Shown here: piece by piece, positions 1-8,749 of the stretch | Layout of the letters: each line of letters starts with the position of its first letter | Numbering within the stretch: the stretch's first letter is position 1 | Assembly (NCBI GenBank): GCA_044356395.1 | Contig: JBIKWI010000002.1 | Location: forward strand, 1,357 to 65,356 | DNA from: Tagaea sp. | GTDB lineage: Bacteria > Pseudomonadota > Alphaproteobacteria > CACIAM-22H2 | Reading direction: 5' to 3' | Length of the DNA: 64,000 bases | Notes under the pieces: generated by a model | What the model saw: only the letters and a program-made list of their open reading frames with translations | Databases searched by the model: none | What the model was told of the DNA's origin: nothing | Program-made: the position numbers and the translations under genes

Positions 1-36
1 CCGCGTATCGGAGCCGTGTTTAGTTTCCAAAAGAAA

Positions 37-73
37 GGCCCTGGCGACGCATCGCCAGGGCCTTGTTTTATTT
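37..73. terminator. GC-rich hairpin (GGCCCTGGCG-ACGCAT-CGCCAGGGCC) with a T-tract after it on + and an A-tract before it; likely bidirectional rho-independent terminator
   Basis: Perfect 10-bp inverted repeat at 37-62, followed by TTGTTTTATTT; the upstream AAAAGAAAGG reads as a T-tract on the minus strand. Confidence 0.5.
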
Positions 74-81
74 AGCCGATT

Positions 82-118
82 TGGTCGGAGCGACAGGATT
101 CGAACCTGCGCCCCCCAG
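82..118 (-). other. tRNA-Pro-like 3' fragment (about 37 nt: T-arm, acceptor 3' strand and CCA); 5' half missing; probable att-site remnant
   Basis: Reverse complement reads ...GGGGGGCGCAGGTTCGAATCCTGTCGCTCCGACCA: a T-loop TTCGAAT, a CGCTCCG acceptor strand (implying the Pro-specific C1-G72 pair), discriminator A and CCA. No matching 5' acceptor strand (CGGAGCG) or anticodon arm within 80 nt. Confidence 0.55.
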
Positions 119-384
119 TCCCCCAGATTTCCAGTTATTCAATGAGATCAACGGCAGTTTCCATAATTTCGGCAACGAAGGAAAAGGAGTGGAAACCAGC
201 GGTAATGAAGGCGCGTCGAAAGCCAAGCCTATCCCTGCCCTTCAATTCGTAAGCTCGACGATGTTTGAGAGGTACCGACCAAAGGAATATGACTCCTTCG
301 GTCCATAGTTCGTGTTCTCCATGGCGTACCGTAGCGGATGAAAGTGGGCATGACCGGCCCCCACCGAGTGGCCCGCTACGGATG

Positions 385-1224
385 TTAGTTTAGTCGCACA
401 GTTTGCGCTATTGCCGCGGTTGCCGGCATGACCAGCGCTTCCGGCGCCGGTGGTTGATAACCAAGCGACGAGTGCGGACGGATCGTATTGTAGTGCCGCC
501 GCCAGGCCTCGATGACGGTCTTGGCCTCTTTCAGGCTGTAGAAGATCTCGCCGTTCAGCAGCTCGTCGCGCAGCTTTCCATTGAAGCTTTCGCAGTAGCC
601 GTTCTCCCAGGGGCTACCGGGTTCGATGTAGGCGGTCTTTGCACCGACGGCAGCAATCCATTCGCGCAGCGCCAGCGCGACGAACTCCGGGCCATTGTCT
701 GAACGTATGTGCGCCGGCACGCCACGCAGGATGAACAGATCCGCCAGCGCCTCGATGACGTCCGCAGATTTGATCTTGCGGGCTACCCGGATGGCAAGAG
801 CCTCACGCGTGAACTCGTCGATGATGCACAGCATCCGGAAGGCCTTCCCGTCATGCGTACGGTCCGCGACGAAGTCGTAGGACCAGACGTGGTTTGGCCG
901 TAGCGGCCGCAGACGGACGCACGAGCCGTCATTGAGCCATAGACGCCCTCGCTTTGGCTGTTTGGCCGGTACTTTAAGCCCCTCACACCGCCAGATACGC
1001 TCGACACGCTTCTTGTTAACCACCCAACCGGCCCTTCGGAGCATTGCCGTGATCCGGCGGTATCCGTAGCGGCCATATTGGCGGGCAAGCTCGATGATGT
1101 CGGTCGTCAGAGCCGCTTCGTCGTCAGGTTCGGCTCGTACTTTGCGTTGTGTGGATCGATGCTGTCCAAGAGCCCGGCATGCCCGTCTCTCGGACACGCC
1201 CAGTTCATCGACGACATGATTCAC
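385..1224 (-). CDS. IS3-family transposase OrfB (DDE/rve integrase core), probably expressed as an OrfAB fusion by -1 frameshift
   Basis: 279 aa with integrase-core motifs (WSYDFV..., [28 protein letters not shown]); sits immediately downstream of orfA in the -1 frame. Confidence 0.85.
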   Translation of the reverse strand: MNHVVDELGVSERRACRALGQHRSTQRKVRAEPDDEAALTTDIIELARQYGRYGYRRITAMLRRAGWVVNKKRVERIWRCEGLKVPAKQPKRGRLWLNDGSCVRLRPLRPNHVWSYDFVADRTHDGKAFRMLCIIDEFTREALAIRVARKIKSADVIEALADLFILRGVPAHIRSDNGPEFVALALREWIAAVGAKTAYIEPGSPWENGYCESFNGKLRDELLNGEIFYSLKEAKTVIEAWRRHYNTIRPHSSLGYQPPAPEALVMPATAAIAQTVRLN

Positions 1225-1247
1225 ACAAGCGCGGCGGCGTGCGGGGC

Positions 1248-1553
1248 TTAGAAGTTTCCCTTTGCGGCCTCGGCCAGAATTAACTTGTCGAGCGTCAGGT
1301 CCGAGACCGCACGACGCAGCCGTGAGTTCTCGGTTTCAAGCTCCTTCAACCGCTTGACCTGGTCGCCCTTCAGCCCGCCGTACTCATTGCGCCACCGATA
1401 GTACGTAACTTCCGTTACCCCTATCGATCGCACAGCCTCCGCCACCGGTCGCCCCTGGGCCATCAGCACATCGACCTGCCGTAGCTTCGTAACGATCTCT
1501 TCCGCCGTATGTCTTTTCCTTGCCATTGCCTGTTCCTCCTTCTCCAAAACCAT
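1248..1553 (-). CDS. IS3-family transposase OrfA (HTH)
   Basis: 101 aa; typical IS3 OrfA N-terminal HTH and leucine-zipper sequence ([18 protein letters not shown]...[22 protein letters not shown]). Confidence 0.85.
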   Translation of the reverse strand: MVLEKEEQAMARKRHTAEEIVTKLRQVDVLMAQGRPVAEAVRSIGVTEVTYYRWRNEYGGLKGDQVKRLKELETENSRLRRAVSDLTLDKLILAEAAKGNF

Positions 1554-1620
1554 ACTTCAGGGAGGACCACTCAGTGGGGGCAGGTCAAAGGTTTGCGAGG
1601 ATGCAACTCAGCGCGGAGGC

Positions 1621-2472
1621 TTGATCTCCGCCGAGCTTGTTGCAGCGATGGCAAATGCGATGGGACGGCCGCTTCCTCCAGGCATTACAGACGAGGACGT
1701 CGCGCGCGCAAAAGAGAAATTCACACCCGATCTGCTGGATTGGCTGCGTGAGCGGGTCGGAACGCTGCAACTGACAGCACCGGTCACGCCTGAGTACTTG
1801 GTGGATCTCATTGCGGCCTTGTTGTTCCGCCAGTTCACCGACTACTCGGACTCTACCGGTCTCGTCTTTGCGGGATACGGCAGCTCCGAGTTCATGCCCT
1901 CTTTCATTTCGTACAATTGCTACGGCCACATCTACACGCACTTGCAGTATTCCGAGGACGGCCGTGATGCGGTTACGGAGTTTACGTCGTCCGTAATTCG
2001 CCCATTCGCGCAGTCTTCGATGATCGATACATTCGTCCTTGGGTTCAGCCAAGATGCGACGTACCAAGTTCAGACCGCATCGATAGATGCATTCAAGGAG
2101 TTGGCGGGCAAGGTCGCCGCGGATCTGAATGGAGCTGTGCCCGAAACTTTCGACGCATTTGCTGCCGATCTGGAAAAGCGGCATCGCAAGGTTTGGACAA
2201 AAAAACTGATCGAAAGTCATGCCGATCCGGTCCGGCGCGTAATTGGCTCTCTGCCCGTCGAAGAGATGGCGGAGTTGGCCGAGACGCTAATCCTGTTGCA
2301 ATCGCTCAAAGAAAAAGTAACTCTCCCGAGCGCTTCAGTTAGCGGACCAATCGATGTTGCGGCGATCTCCAAGAGCGACGGCTTCATTTGGATCAAGCGG
2401 AAGCACTACTTTAACCCTGCACTCAACCCACGCTTCTTCCAACGCCAACAAGCCCGGTATTTGGGAAACTGA
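1621..2472 (+). CDS. hypothetical protein, low-GC cargo gene; TTG start 34 nt after the IS right inverted repeat, so it may be 5'-truncated by the IS
   Basis: 283-aa ORF with no recognisable family. Local GC is roughly 55% against roughly 67% for the window. The frame stays open upstream into the IS end. Confidence 0.45.
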   Translation: MISAELVAAMANAMGRPLPPGITDEDVARAKEKFTPDLLDWLRERVGTLQLTAPVTPEYLVDLIAALLFRQFTDYSDSTGLVFAGYGSSEFMPSFISYNCYGHIYTHLQYSEDGRDAVTEFTSSVIRPFAQSSMIDTFVLGFSQDATYQVQTASIDAFKELAGKVAADLNGAVPETFDAFAADLEKRHRKVWTKKLIESHADPVRRVIGSLPVEEMAELAETLILLQSLKEKVTLPSASVSGPIDVAAISKSDGFIWIKRKHYFNPALNPRFFQRQQARYLGN

Positions 2473-2475
2473 ACA

Positions 2476-2670
2476 ATGGAAAATTTAGCGGAGGCCTATC
2501 AGCGCTTGCTGCATCAGGTTGACCGGCGTAGCCAAGTAAGGGATGGCTCTAAGACAAATCCACGACCTGACGCCAATGTCGCCGACCGCGGCGCTGAAAT
2601 TTATAAGGACATACTGGATGAGTTTCGACGCTCCGAGCCGGACAATCCGGTAGCTGCGTTTCGGGGCTAG
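2476..2670 (+). CDS. small hypothetical protein
   Basis: 64-aa ORF 3 nt downstream of the previous gene; no recognisable family. Confidence 0.2.
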   Translation: MENLAEAYQRLLHQVDRRSQVRDGSKTNPRPDANVADRGAEIYKDILDEFRRSEPDNPVAAFRG

Positions 2671-3064
2671 ACCGTTCGTAGGTGGGGCTATTGGCGCGCG
2701 GCACGCGCTTTCCCATCGGCAATGTCGGCATGCGACGGCGGCCCCTCGAACCCAACCTGATAGTCATGGATGCCGCCCGGTTCGTCATCGCCGACTTCCG
2801 CGGCCATGCCATCAACCATGCCCGCCGGGCGCTGCACCTCCGGCCAGTCGCCATCGTGCACAGTTACCGGCTTGCGCTCCCTCGTCACTATCGGCCTCCC
2901 GACGGGCGGGGGGGGATTAGGGGCCGCCCTGCTCCGATGATTTTCGCCTAGGACGGTGGTTAAGCGTCAGTCAGGGGCGTCCGGTGAAATCTTGGCCAAT
3001 GCTTCCGCCGTGCTTCCACGGTAGGTTTCCGGATCCGATAAATCTCCGTAACTTATTGAAATAA

Positions 3065-3141
3065 TGGCGAGCCCAGCTGGATTCGAACCAGCGACCTACA
3101 GCTTAGAAGGCTGTTGCTCTATCCAGCTGAGCTATGGGCCC
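3065..3141 (-). tRNA. tRNA-Arg (anticodon TCT)
   Basis: Reverse complement GGGCCCATAGCTCAGCTGGATAGAGCAACAGCCTTCTAAGCTGTAGGTCGCTGGTTCGAATCCAGCTGGGCTCGCCA gives a full cloverleaf, anticodon loop CTTCTAA and encoded CCA. Confidence 0.85.
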
Positions 3142-3157
3142 GTCCGGCGCGCGCCGA

Positions 3158-3457
3158 TCAGCGGATCCGGTCGAATTTGAAATTGTCGGCATATGCCTTC
3201 GGCCTGACGCGGACCGAATTGGCCACGCCGATCTCGTAGGCGATCCCGTGGCGGTCGGCATAGGCGATCGCCTCGTCCTGGCTGGCGAAGCGCAGTTGCA
3301 CCTGTCCTTGCGTATCGCCCGATCCTGCCCAGCCCATCAGCGCGTCGGGCCGCTTGGCGGCCGACGGCTCGAACTCGAGTACCCACGCCTTGCTCTTGGC
3401 GCGGCCCGACTGCATGGCGGTCTTGGTCGGCTTGAAGATGCGGGCGGGCTTGTTCAT
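3158..3457 (-). CDS. ETC complex I subunit-conserved-region protein (NDUFS4-like, about 99 aa)
   Basis: MNKPARIFKPTKTAMQSGRAKSKAWVLEFE...DPLMGW...QVQLRFASQDEAIAYADRHGIAYEI matches the alphaproteobacterial NDUFS4-like family. Start chosen at the internal ATG (3457), not the longer ORF. Confidence 0.65.
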   Translation of the reverse strand: MNKPARIFKPTKTAMQSGRAKSKAWVLEFEPSAAKRPDALMGWAGSGDTQGQVQLRFASQDEAIAYADRHGIAYEIGVANSVRVRPKAYADNFKFDRIR

Positions 3458-3587
3458 GGCGAGACGCTTTTCCCCTGTCGGACGGGGGACTTTACCATCG
3501 TTTGCCCGGCAGGCAACTCCCCGGCCGCAAACGCGAAAAGGGCCGGGTTTCCCCGGCCCTTCGTCCGTCGGCAAGCGCAAGGGCGGA

Positions 3588-4292
3588 TCAGGCCACCTTT
3601 GCCTTTACCGTGCCCACGCCTTCGCAGAAGCCTTCCATCACGTCGCCACGCTTGATCGCAGCCACGCCGGACGGCGTTCCCGACATGATCAGGTCGCCCG
3701 GCTGGAGCTCGAACAGCCCCGACAGGTACGCGATCATCTCCGGCACCTTCCAGATCAGCTGGTTGAGATCGCCCTGCTGCTTGAACTCGCCGTTGACCTT
3801 GAGCCAGATCGCGCCTTTGGAGGGATGGCCGATCTGGGCGGCGGGAACGATGTCGCTCATCGGCGCCGAATGATCAAACGCCTTGCCGATCTCCCACGGG
3901 CGGCCGGCCTTCTTGCATTCTTCCTGCAGGTCGCGACGCGTCATGTCGAGGCCGATCGCGTATCCGAAGACGTGTTCGAGCGCCTTGTCGACCGGAATGT
4001 CCTTGCCGCCCTTCGAAAGCGCCACGACCAGTTCGATCTCGTGGTGCACGTTGGCGGACTTCGCCGGATACGGAAAGTCGCCGTTGCCGAGGACGAGATT
4101 GTCGGGGTTCTTCTGGAAGAAGAACGGCGCCTCCCGGTTGGGATCGTGCCCCATCTCGATGGCATGTGCGGCGTAATTGCGGCCCACGCAGTAGATCCGG
4201 TGGACCGGGAAGCGCGCCATCGTGCCGCGCACCGGCACCGAGACGGCCGCCGGCGGCGTGAAGACGAAATTCGTAGGCGTTGCGACGTTCAT
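3588..4292 (-). CDS. fumarylacetoacetate hydrolase (FAH) family protein
   Basis: 234 aa; FAH-fold signatures (HAIEMGHD, HHEIELVVAL, GDLIMSGTPSGV). Confidence 0.8.
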   Translation of the reverse strand: MNVATPTNFVFTPPAAVSVPVRGTMARFPVHRIYCVGRNYAAHAIEMGHDPNREAPFFFQKNPDNLVLGNGDFPYPAKSANVHHEIELVVALSKGGKDIPVDKALEHVFGYAIGLDMTRRDLQEECKKAGRPWEIGKAFDHSAPMSDIVPAAQIGHPSKGAIWLKVNGEFKQQGDLNQLIWKVPEMIAYLSGLFELQPGDLIMSGTPSGVAAIKRGDVMEGFCEGVGTVKAKVA

Positions 4293-4320
4293 GGTTCTTT
4301 ACCCCCTCTTTCGAAACCGT

Positions 4321-5073
4321 TCAGCGGGACGAAGCGTAGTAGTCGACCTGGCGTTCGCACCATGCCAGCGCTTCGTTGATCGCGAATGCGAATGTGAAAA
4401 TCACGAGAATGAGCGCCCAGAAATGCTCCATCAGGAAATGCGACTGGTAGATCTCGAAGAGCGTCCCGAATCCGACCACCGAGACGAGCAGCTGGCCGAT
4501 GATGACCCCCTTGACCGCACGGATCATGCCCAGACGCACGCCGGCAAGGATTTCCGGCATGGCGGCCCGCACGTAGACGCGCGAGAACGCCTGCCACGGG
4601 CTAGCACCGAAGCAGCGCGCCATCTCGATCAGCGACGGCGTGATGCCCCGCACGCCCGCCCGCGAATTCAGCACGATGATCCATATCGCGAACAGCACGA
4701 CGGTCAGCACGACCGTCTGCTCGCCGATCCCGGCGAGAACCATGATGACAGGCACGAGCGCCGAAAGCGGCGCCGAAAGGAACAGGTTCACCCAAGGCAG
4801 CAGAAGGCGGTCGGCGATCGCGACCCGTCCCATCAGGATGCCCAACGGTATGCCGAAGGCGATCGCGATCAGGTTGCCGAGCACGAAAGCGCGTGCGGTG
4901 ATGAGAAGGGCATTCCCGAACGTCGGCGTCGGGACGATCTCGAACACGCGCCAGACGATCTTCGACAGCGGCGGCAGGATCAGGCCCGCATCCGTACGGC
5001 CGGCGATCTCCCACAGCACCGCCCAGACGATGAGAGCCGCGAAGAACGGAACCCGAATGCCGCCGATGACCAT
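4321..5073 (-). CDS. ABC transporter permease (NitT/TauT family)
   Basis: 250-aa polytopic membrane protein with the BPD-transporter EAA-like loop (EMARCFGASPWQAFSRVYVRAAMPEI). Confidence 0.8.
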   Translation of the reverse strand: MVIGGIRVPFFAALIVWAVLWEIAGRTDAGLILPPLSKIVWRVFEIVPTPTFGNALLITARAFVLGNLIAIAFGIPLGILMGRVAIADRLLLPWVNLFLSAPLSALVPVIMVLAGIGEQTVVLTVVLFAIWIIVLNSRAGVRGITPSLIEMARCFGASPWQAFSRVYVRAAMPEILAGVRLGMIRAVKGVIIGQLLVSVVGFGTLFEIYQSHFLMEHFWALILVIFTFAFAINEALAWCERQVDYYASSR

Positions 5074-5088
5074 CGCCCCCGCCCTTCC

Positions 5089-5901
5089 CTAGTCGAGATA
5101 ATGCTTGAGGGTCTGCCAGATGTTCTCGACCGCGTCGAGATAGGCAGGATGACGGCGGATCTTTTCGGGGTCGCCTTCCCGGGAAATCTGGGGCTCGATG
5201 ATCGCCGAGATCCGGCTCGGCCGGCGCGACAGCAGGACGATCCGGTCGGAGACGTATACCGCCTCCTCGATGCTGTGCGTGACGAAGATGAACGTCTTGC
5301 GCTCGTTCGCCACGAGTTCGAGCATGTCCTCCTGGAACTTCCGGCGCGTCTGCTCGTCGACCGCCGAAAAAGGCTCGTCCATCATCAGGACCTTGGCATC
5401 CACCGCAAGCGCCCGCGCCAGGCCCACGCGCTGGCGCATGCCGCCGGAAAGCTCGTGCGGGAATTTCCGCTCGAATCCCTTCAGACCGACGCGGGCGATG
5501 TACTTCGCCGCAACGGCCTCGCGCTCGGACAGCGCCACGCCCTTCAGTTCGAGACCGAAAGCCACGTTGCGCATCACGTCCGCCCACGGCATCAGGGCGA
5601 AATCCTGGAACACGAAAGCGCGCTCGGGACCCGGTCCCGATACCTTGCGCCCCTCGACGAGCACGTCGCCGCCGCTCGCCGGGATCAGGCCCGCGATGAT
5701 CTTCAGAAGCGTGGTTTTCCCGCAGCCGGAAGGTCCGAGAAGCGTCGTGAGCTTGCCTTCGGGGAACTCGAGCGAGATGCCGCTCAGGGCCTCGATCCCG
5801 CCGGGATACGTCTTGATGACGTTGCGGACCTCGACGATCGGCCTGGGCGCTGCCTGGCCGGCTCTCGGGATCGACGACAGCGATATCGCGGGTTGGGTCA
5901 T
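5089..5901 (-). CDS. ABC transporter ATP-binding protein (NitT/TauT family)
   Basis: Walker A GPSGCGKTT, signature LSGGMRQRV and Walker B VLMMDEPFSAVD. Start at internal ATG 5901 overlaps the upstream permease stop (ATGA). Confidence 0.85.
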   Translation of the reverse strand: MTQPAISLSSIPRAGQAAPRPIVEVRNVIKTYPGGIEALSGISLEFPEGKLTTLLGPSGCGKTTLLKIIAGLIPASGGDVLVEGRKVSGPGPERAFVFQDFALMPWADVMRNVAFGLELKGVALSEREAVAAKYIARVGLKGFERKFPHELSGGMRQRVGLARALAVDAKVLMMDEPFSAVDEQTRRKFQEDMLELVANERKTFIFVTHSIEEAVYVSDRIVLLSRRPSRISAIIEPQISREGDPEKIRRHPAYLDAVENIWQTLKHYLD

Positions 5902-6731
5902 GCGGCGCGCTTCTCCGGCCTGAACAGCATTGCTTCGATCCGCTCGAGCGTCTCGATGAAGACTACCGACATGACCACGATCGACAGGATCGCCGCATAC
6001 ATCTTCGGATAGTCCGCGACGGACTGGTTGTACGAGATGAGATCGCCGATCCCCGTCGGGGTTATCAGAAGTTCGGCAAGGATGATCCCGATGAAACCCG
6101 CGGCGCAGCCCAGCCGCAGCCCGACGAAGATCAGCGGGCTTGCAGAAGGCAGGATCACCTTGAGAACCACCTGTCGTCGCGACCCGAGGAACGAGCGGCA
6201 CATCTCGAGCAGCGAGCCCGGCGTGTTGCGGACGGCACCCAGCGAATTGAGCACGATCACGGGCATCGCCATGATGCACACGGTCAGGACCTTGGCCGTG
6301 ATACCGATTCCGTAGGCGAATGTCAGCACGGGGATAAGGGCTGCGAGCGGTGCGGCCTGCGCCACGACGAAGATCGGCGCGAACAGCCACTCGGACGGGC
6401 CGTGAAGCCCCATGAGCAGGCCGAGCGATACGCCGATGACGACCGATACCGCCAGGCCGATCGCCAGCGGATGCAGCGTCTTCGCGAACGCGGCGGCGAG
6501 CGAGCCGTCGCCGATCATCTCGGACAGTGCCGCGATCGTCTCGCCGAATGTCGGGAACGCGGCGCTGACCGGAATGCGCCCCGCATACTCCCACGCGATC
6601 AAAGCCAGGCCGAACGAAACGACCCGCAGCACATGCGCATGCGTGAGGAAACGAGCCAGACGGCCGCCGTCGCGCTCGGGAACGGCGGGCAACGGGACTT
6701 CAATTCGCGCGGAACTGCCGGGCGCAGACAT
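5898..6731 (-). CDS. ABC transporter permease (NitT/TauT family)
   Basis: 277-aa membrane protein with an EAA-like motif (LEMCRSFLGSRRQVVLKVILPSASP). Confidence 0.8.
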   Translation of the reverse strand: MSAPGSSARIEVPLPAVPERDGGRLARFLTHAHVLRVVSFGLALIAWEYAGRIPVSAAFPTFGETIAALSEMIGDGSLAAAFAKTLHPLAIGLAVSVVIGVSLGLLMGLHGPSEWLFAPIFVVAQAAPLAALIPVLTFAYGIGITAKVLTVCIMAMPVIVLNSLGAVRNTPGSLLEMCRSFLGSRRQVVLKVILPSASPLIFVGLRLGCAAGFIGIILAELLITPTGIGDLISYNQSVADYPKMYAAILSIVVMSVVFIETLERIEAMLFRPEKRAA

Positions 6732-6802
6732 CGATCAACCATCCACTTCTGGAAAAACCGGACCGGCGGCCGCCGCCATGCGATGGCCGCCGGTCCCGGA
6801 TG

Positions 6803-7798
6803 TCAGCCTCCGACGGCCCGGCGCGCCTTTTCGAGCGGTGCCAGGTACCAAAAGTCCTCGACCTTCAGCGAAGACGCGGGACCGGTCATCTGGCCCGCCT
6901 CGACATAGAACTCGAAGTCGCTCTGCGCGACGTCGGGCCCGCCGCCGGTCGGCGCGTAGATGCCCTCCTTCGTGCCGACCTGGTAGAACTTCGTGATCCC
7001 GTCGAGGATTTCCTTCGGCTGATCCGCCATCAGACGGCGCTTGGCCCGCTCGCGCTCGACGACCGACGGATCGGCGTTCATCTCGCGCCAGAGACGCAGG
7101 AACTCGGCCACGATCGTGTCGACCTGCTTCTCGTTGCGCTGCATCCAAGCCACCTGCCCGAAGATCGTCTCGTCCGACGCCGGATTGGCGACGCCGGGCA
7201 GGACATGGAAGCGGTCACCAGCCTTCTCGAGGAGCACGTTCTTGTTCGCGAGGTCGACGATCGTCGCCTTCATCTGGCCGCGCATCATCGCGATGATGCG
7301 GTTCTCCGACCCCGGAACGTAGCTGCGGTCGCCGAACTGGATGCCTTCGCGCTTGGCGATGATGTTGCCGATCGCCTCGGTGCCGGTGCCCCGCGCATGG
7401 AAGGTGAAGGGCTGTCCGTTCAGGTCCTTCCAGGTCTTGTAGGATTTGTCGGCGACGGGGAAGAAGACGAGACGCGTCGCCTGGAAGACGACGCGGAGCG
7501 GCGCGCGGCTCTTCTGGATCACCGAGTACGGGGTACCGACACCCAGGTCGGCCTGGCCGTTGAGCACCGCCTGGATCGCGAGTTCTTCCTTGGCGAAGAA
7601 GGTGATCTCGTAGTCGACGCCCTTTTCCTTGGCGCGCTCGAGTGCCACGACCATCGAAAGCGTTTCCGTCGACAGCACGTCGCCGAACGCGATGCGGACC
7701 TTCTGCTGCGCGTCTGCGGTCCCTGTCGAGAGTGCGACCGGAACCGAGAGGAGCGCCGCAACGACGGTACGCCTCAGAAATCCGAATGCTGTGCTCAT
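6803..7798 (-). CDS. ABC transporter substrate-binding protein (NMT1/THI5-like; nitrate/sulfonate/bicarbonate family)
   Basis: Signal peptide MSTAFGFLRRTVVAALLSVPVALSTGTADA followed by a periplasmic-binding fold. Start set at ATG 7798. Confidence 0.75.
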   Translation of the reverse strand: MSTAFGFLRRTVVAALLSVPVALSTGTADAQQKVRIAFGDVLSTETLSMVVALERAKEKGVDYEITFFAKEELAIQAVLNGQADLGVGTPYSVIQKSRAPLRVVFQATRLVFFPVADKSYKTWKDLNGQPFTFHARGTGTEAIGNIIAKREGIQFGDRSYVPGSENRIIAMMRGQMKATIVDLANKNVLLEKAGDRFHVLPGVANPASDETIFGQVAWMQRNEKQVDTIVAEFLRLWREMNADPSVVERERAKRRLMADQPKEILDGITKFYQVGTKEGIYAPTGGGPDVAQSDFEFYVEAGQMTGPASSLKVEDFWYLAPLEKARRAVGG

Positions 7799-8011
7799 TT
7801 GATTTCTCCCCATCAGCGGTTTTTGGCCCGAAGCGGCGGGCTTTGCGGATTCGGTTTCAACCAATCCGATACTTATGCACTACAATTCATGGGCGACAGA
7901 CAGTCAAGAATGAAACGAAACCTGTTGGCCGATTAATGATTTGCATCTGTGAATCTAAGATTTTCGAGATCTAGATACTAAAACCAAGTTTCGAATGGTT
8001 GCCCATGTTGG

Positions 8012-8749
8012 GTGACTATGGTATTCCCGTCGGCCATCCGGGATCTGGACAAGGGTAACGACATGGACGGCAGTCAGACGGTCAGGGAACGCACCGATGT
8101 GGTTACGGCGCTACGCGAATTCCTGGCCAGCGTGCAATTGCCCGACAACGGCCGATTGCCCAACGAACGCGACCTTGCGGCGCGCCTCGGCATCACGCGC
8201 GCGGAACTGCGGAAGGGACTGGCCGTTCTCGAAAGCGAAGGGCAGCTCTGGCGGCGCGTCGGAACGGGAACGTTCGTCGGTCCCAAGCCGCCGCAGATGC
8301 TCGACATCGCCGAACTGGCCGAGCGGACCAACGCACTTCAGATGATGCGCGCGCGCATCGCGCTCGAGCCGGAGCTTGCGCATCTCGCGGCCCTGAACAT
8401 TTCGGCGGCCGAGATCACGGAACTTCAGGCGCTGAACAGCGCCTGCCGGTCGGCGAAGAACTGGCGCGAGTACGAGGCCTACGACGCGCGCTTCCATCAC
8501 GGGATCGCCAAGGCTGCGCGCAACCCCGTCCTGCTCGCGATGCTGGATACGCTGAACGGCGTGCGGCGTGCGGTGACGTGGGGGCGTCCCCGCCCCGAAG
8601 GCGACCGGCCTTCGACCGCACATCACAGCTTCACCGACCACGACGCGATCGTCGATGCGATCTCGCATGGTGAGCCGCTCAAGGCGGCTGAAGCGATGCG
8701 ACGCCACCTCCAGACGGTCGAGGACCGGCTCGTCGGCCGCGTGCCCTAG
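8012..8749 (+). CDS. GntR-family transcriptional regulator (FadR/FCD subfamily)
   Basis: N-terminal wHTH (LPNERDLAARLGITRAELRKGLAVLESEGQLWRRVGTGTFV) and a C-terminal FCD-like helical domain; divergent from the ABC operon. Confidence 0.8.
   Translation: MTMVFPSAIRDLDKGNDMDGSQTVRERTDVVTALREFLASVQLPDNGRLPNERDLAARLGITRAELRKGLAVLESEGQLWRRVGTGTFVGPKPPQMLDIAELAERTNALQMMRARIALEPELAHLAALNISAAEITELQALNSACRSAKNWREYEAYDARFHHGIAKAARNPVLLAMLDTLNGVRRAVTWGRPRPEGDRPSTAHHSFTDHDAIVDAISHGEPLKAAEAMRRHLQTVEDRLVGRVP

Larger units (their letters stand above)
352..1587 (-). mobile_element. IS3-family insertion sequence (IS407-like size, 1236 bp) with ~21-bp terminal inverted repeats
   Basis: Left end TGACCGGCCCCCACCGAGTGG (352-372) matches right end ...CCACTCAGTGGGGGCAGGTCA (1567-1587) with 2 mismatches. 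Ends are 5'-TG...CA-3'. The element encloses orfA and orfB. No flanking direct repeat is evident. Confidence 0.8.

Noticed and set aside
82-118. Possibility that the tRNA-like fragment is the acceptor piece of a two-piece alphaproteobacterial tmRNA
   Set aside because: The implied C1-G72 pair and G3-C70 pair are tRNA-Pro-like, not tRNA-Ala-like. No upstream tmRNA pseudoknot or ORF signature was found.
63-308. 81-aa ORF on the plus strand
   Set aside because: It overlaps the tRNA-Pro-like fragment and lies in a low-GC, non-coding-looking patch with no RBS and no family resemblance.
3354-6594. Long plus/minus ORFs (3354-4379, 4222-6012, 4601-5587, 5089-6594 upstream part) rich in Arg, Gly and Asp
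   Set aside because: They are antisense to, or out of frame with, well-supported ABC and FAH genes. These are typical spurious ORFs of high-GC DNA. The ABC ATPase was trimmed to ATG 5901.
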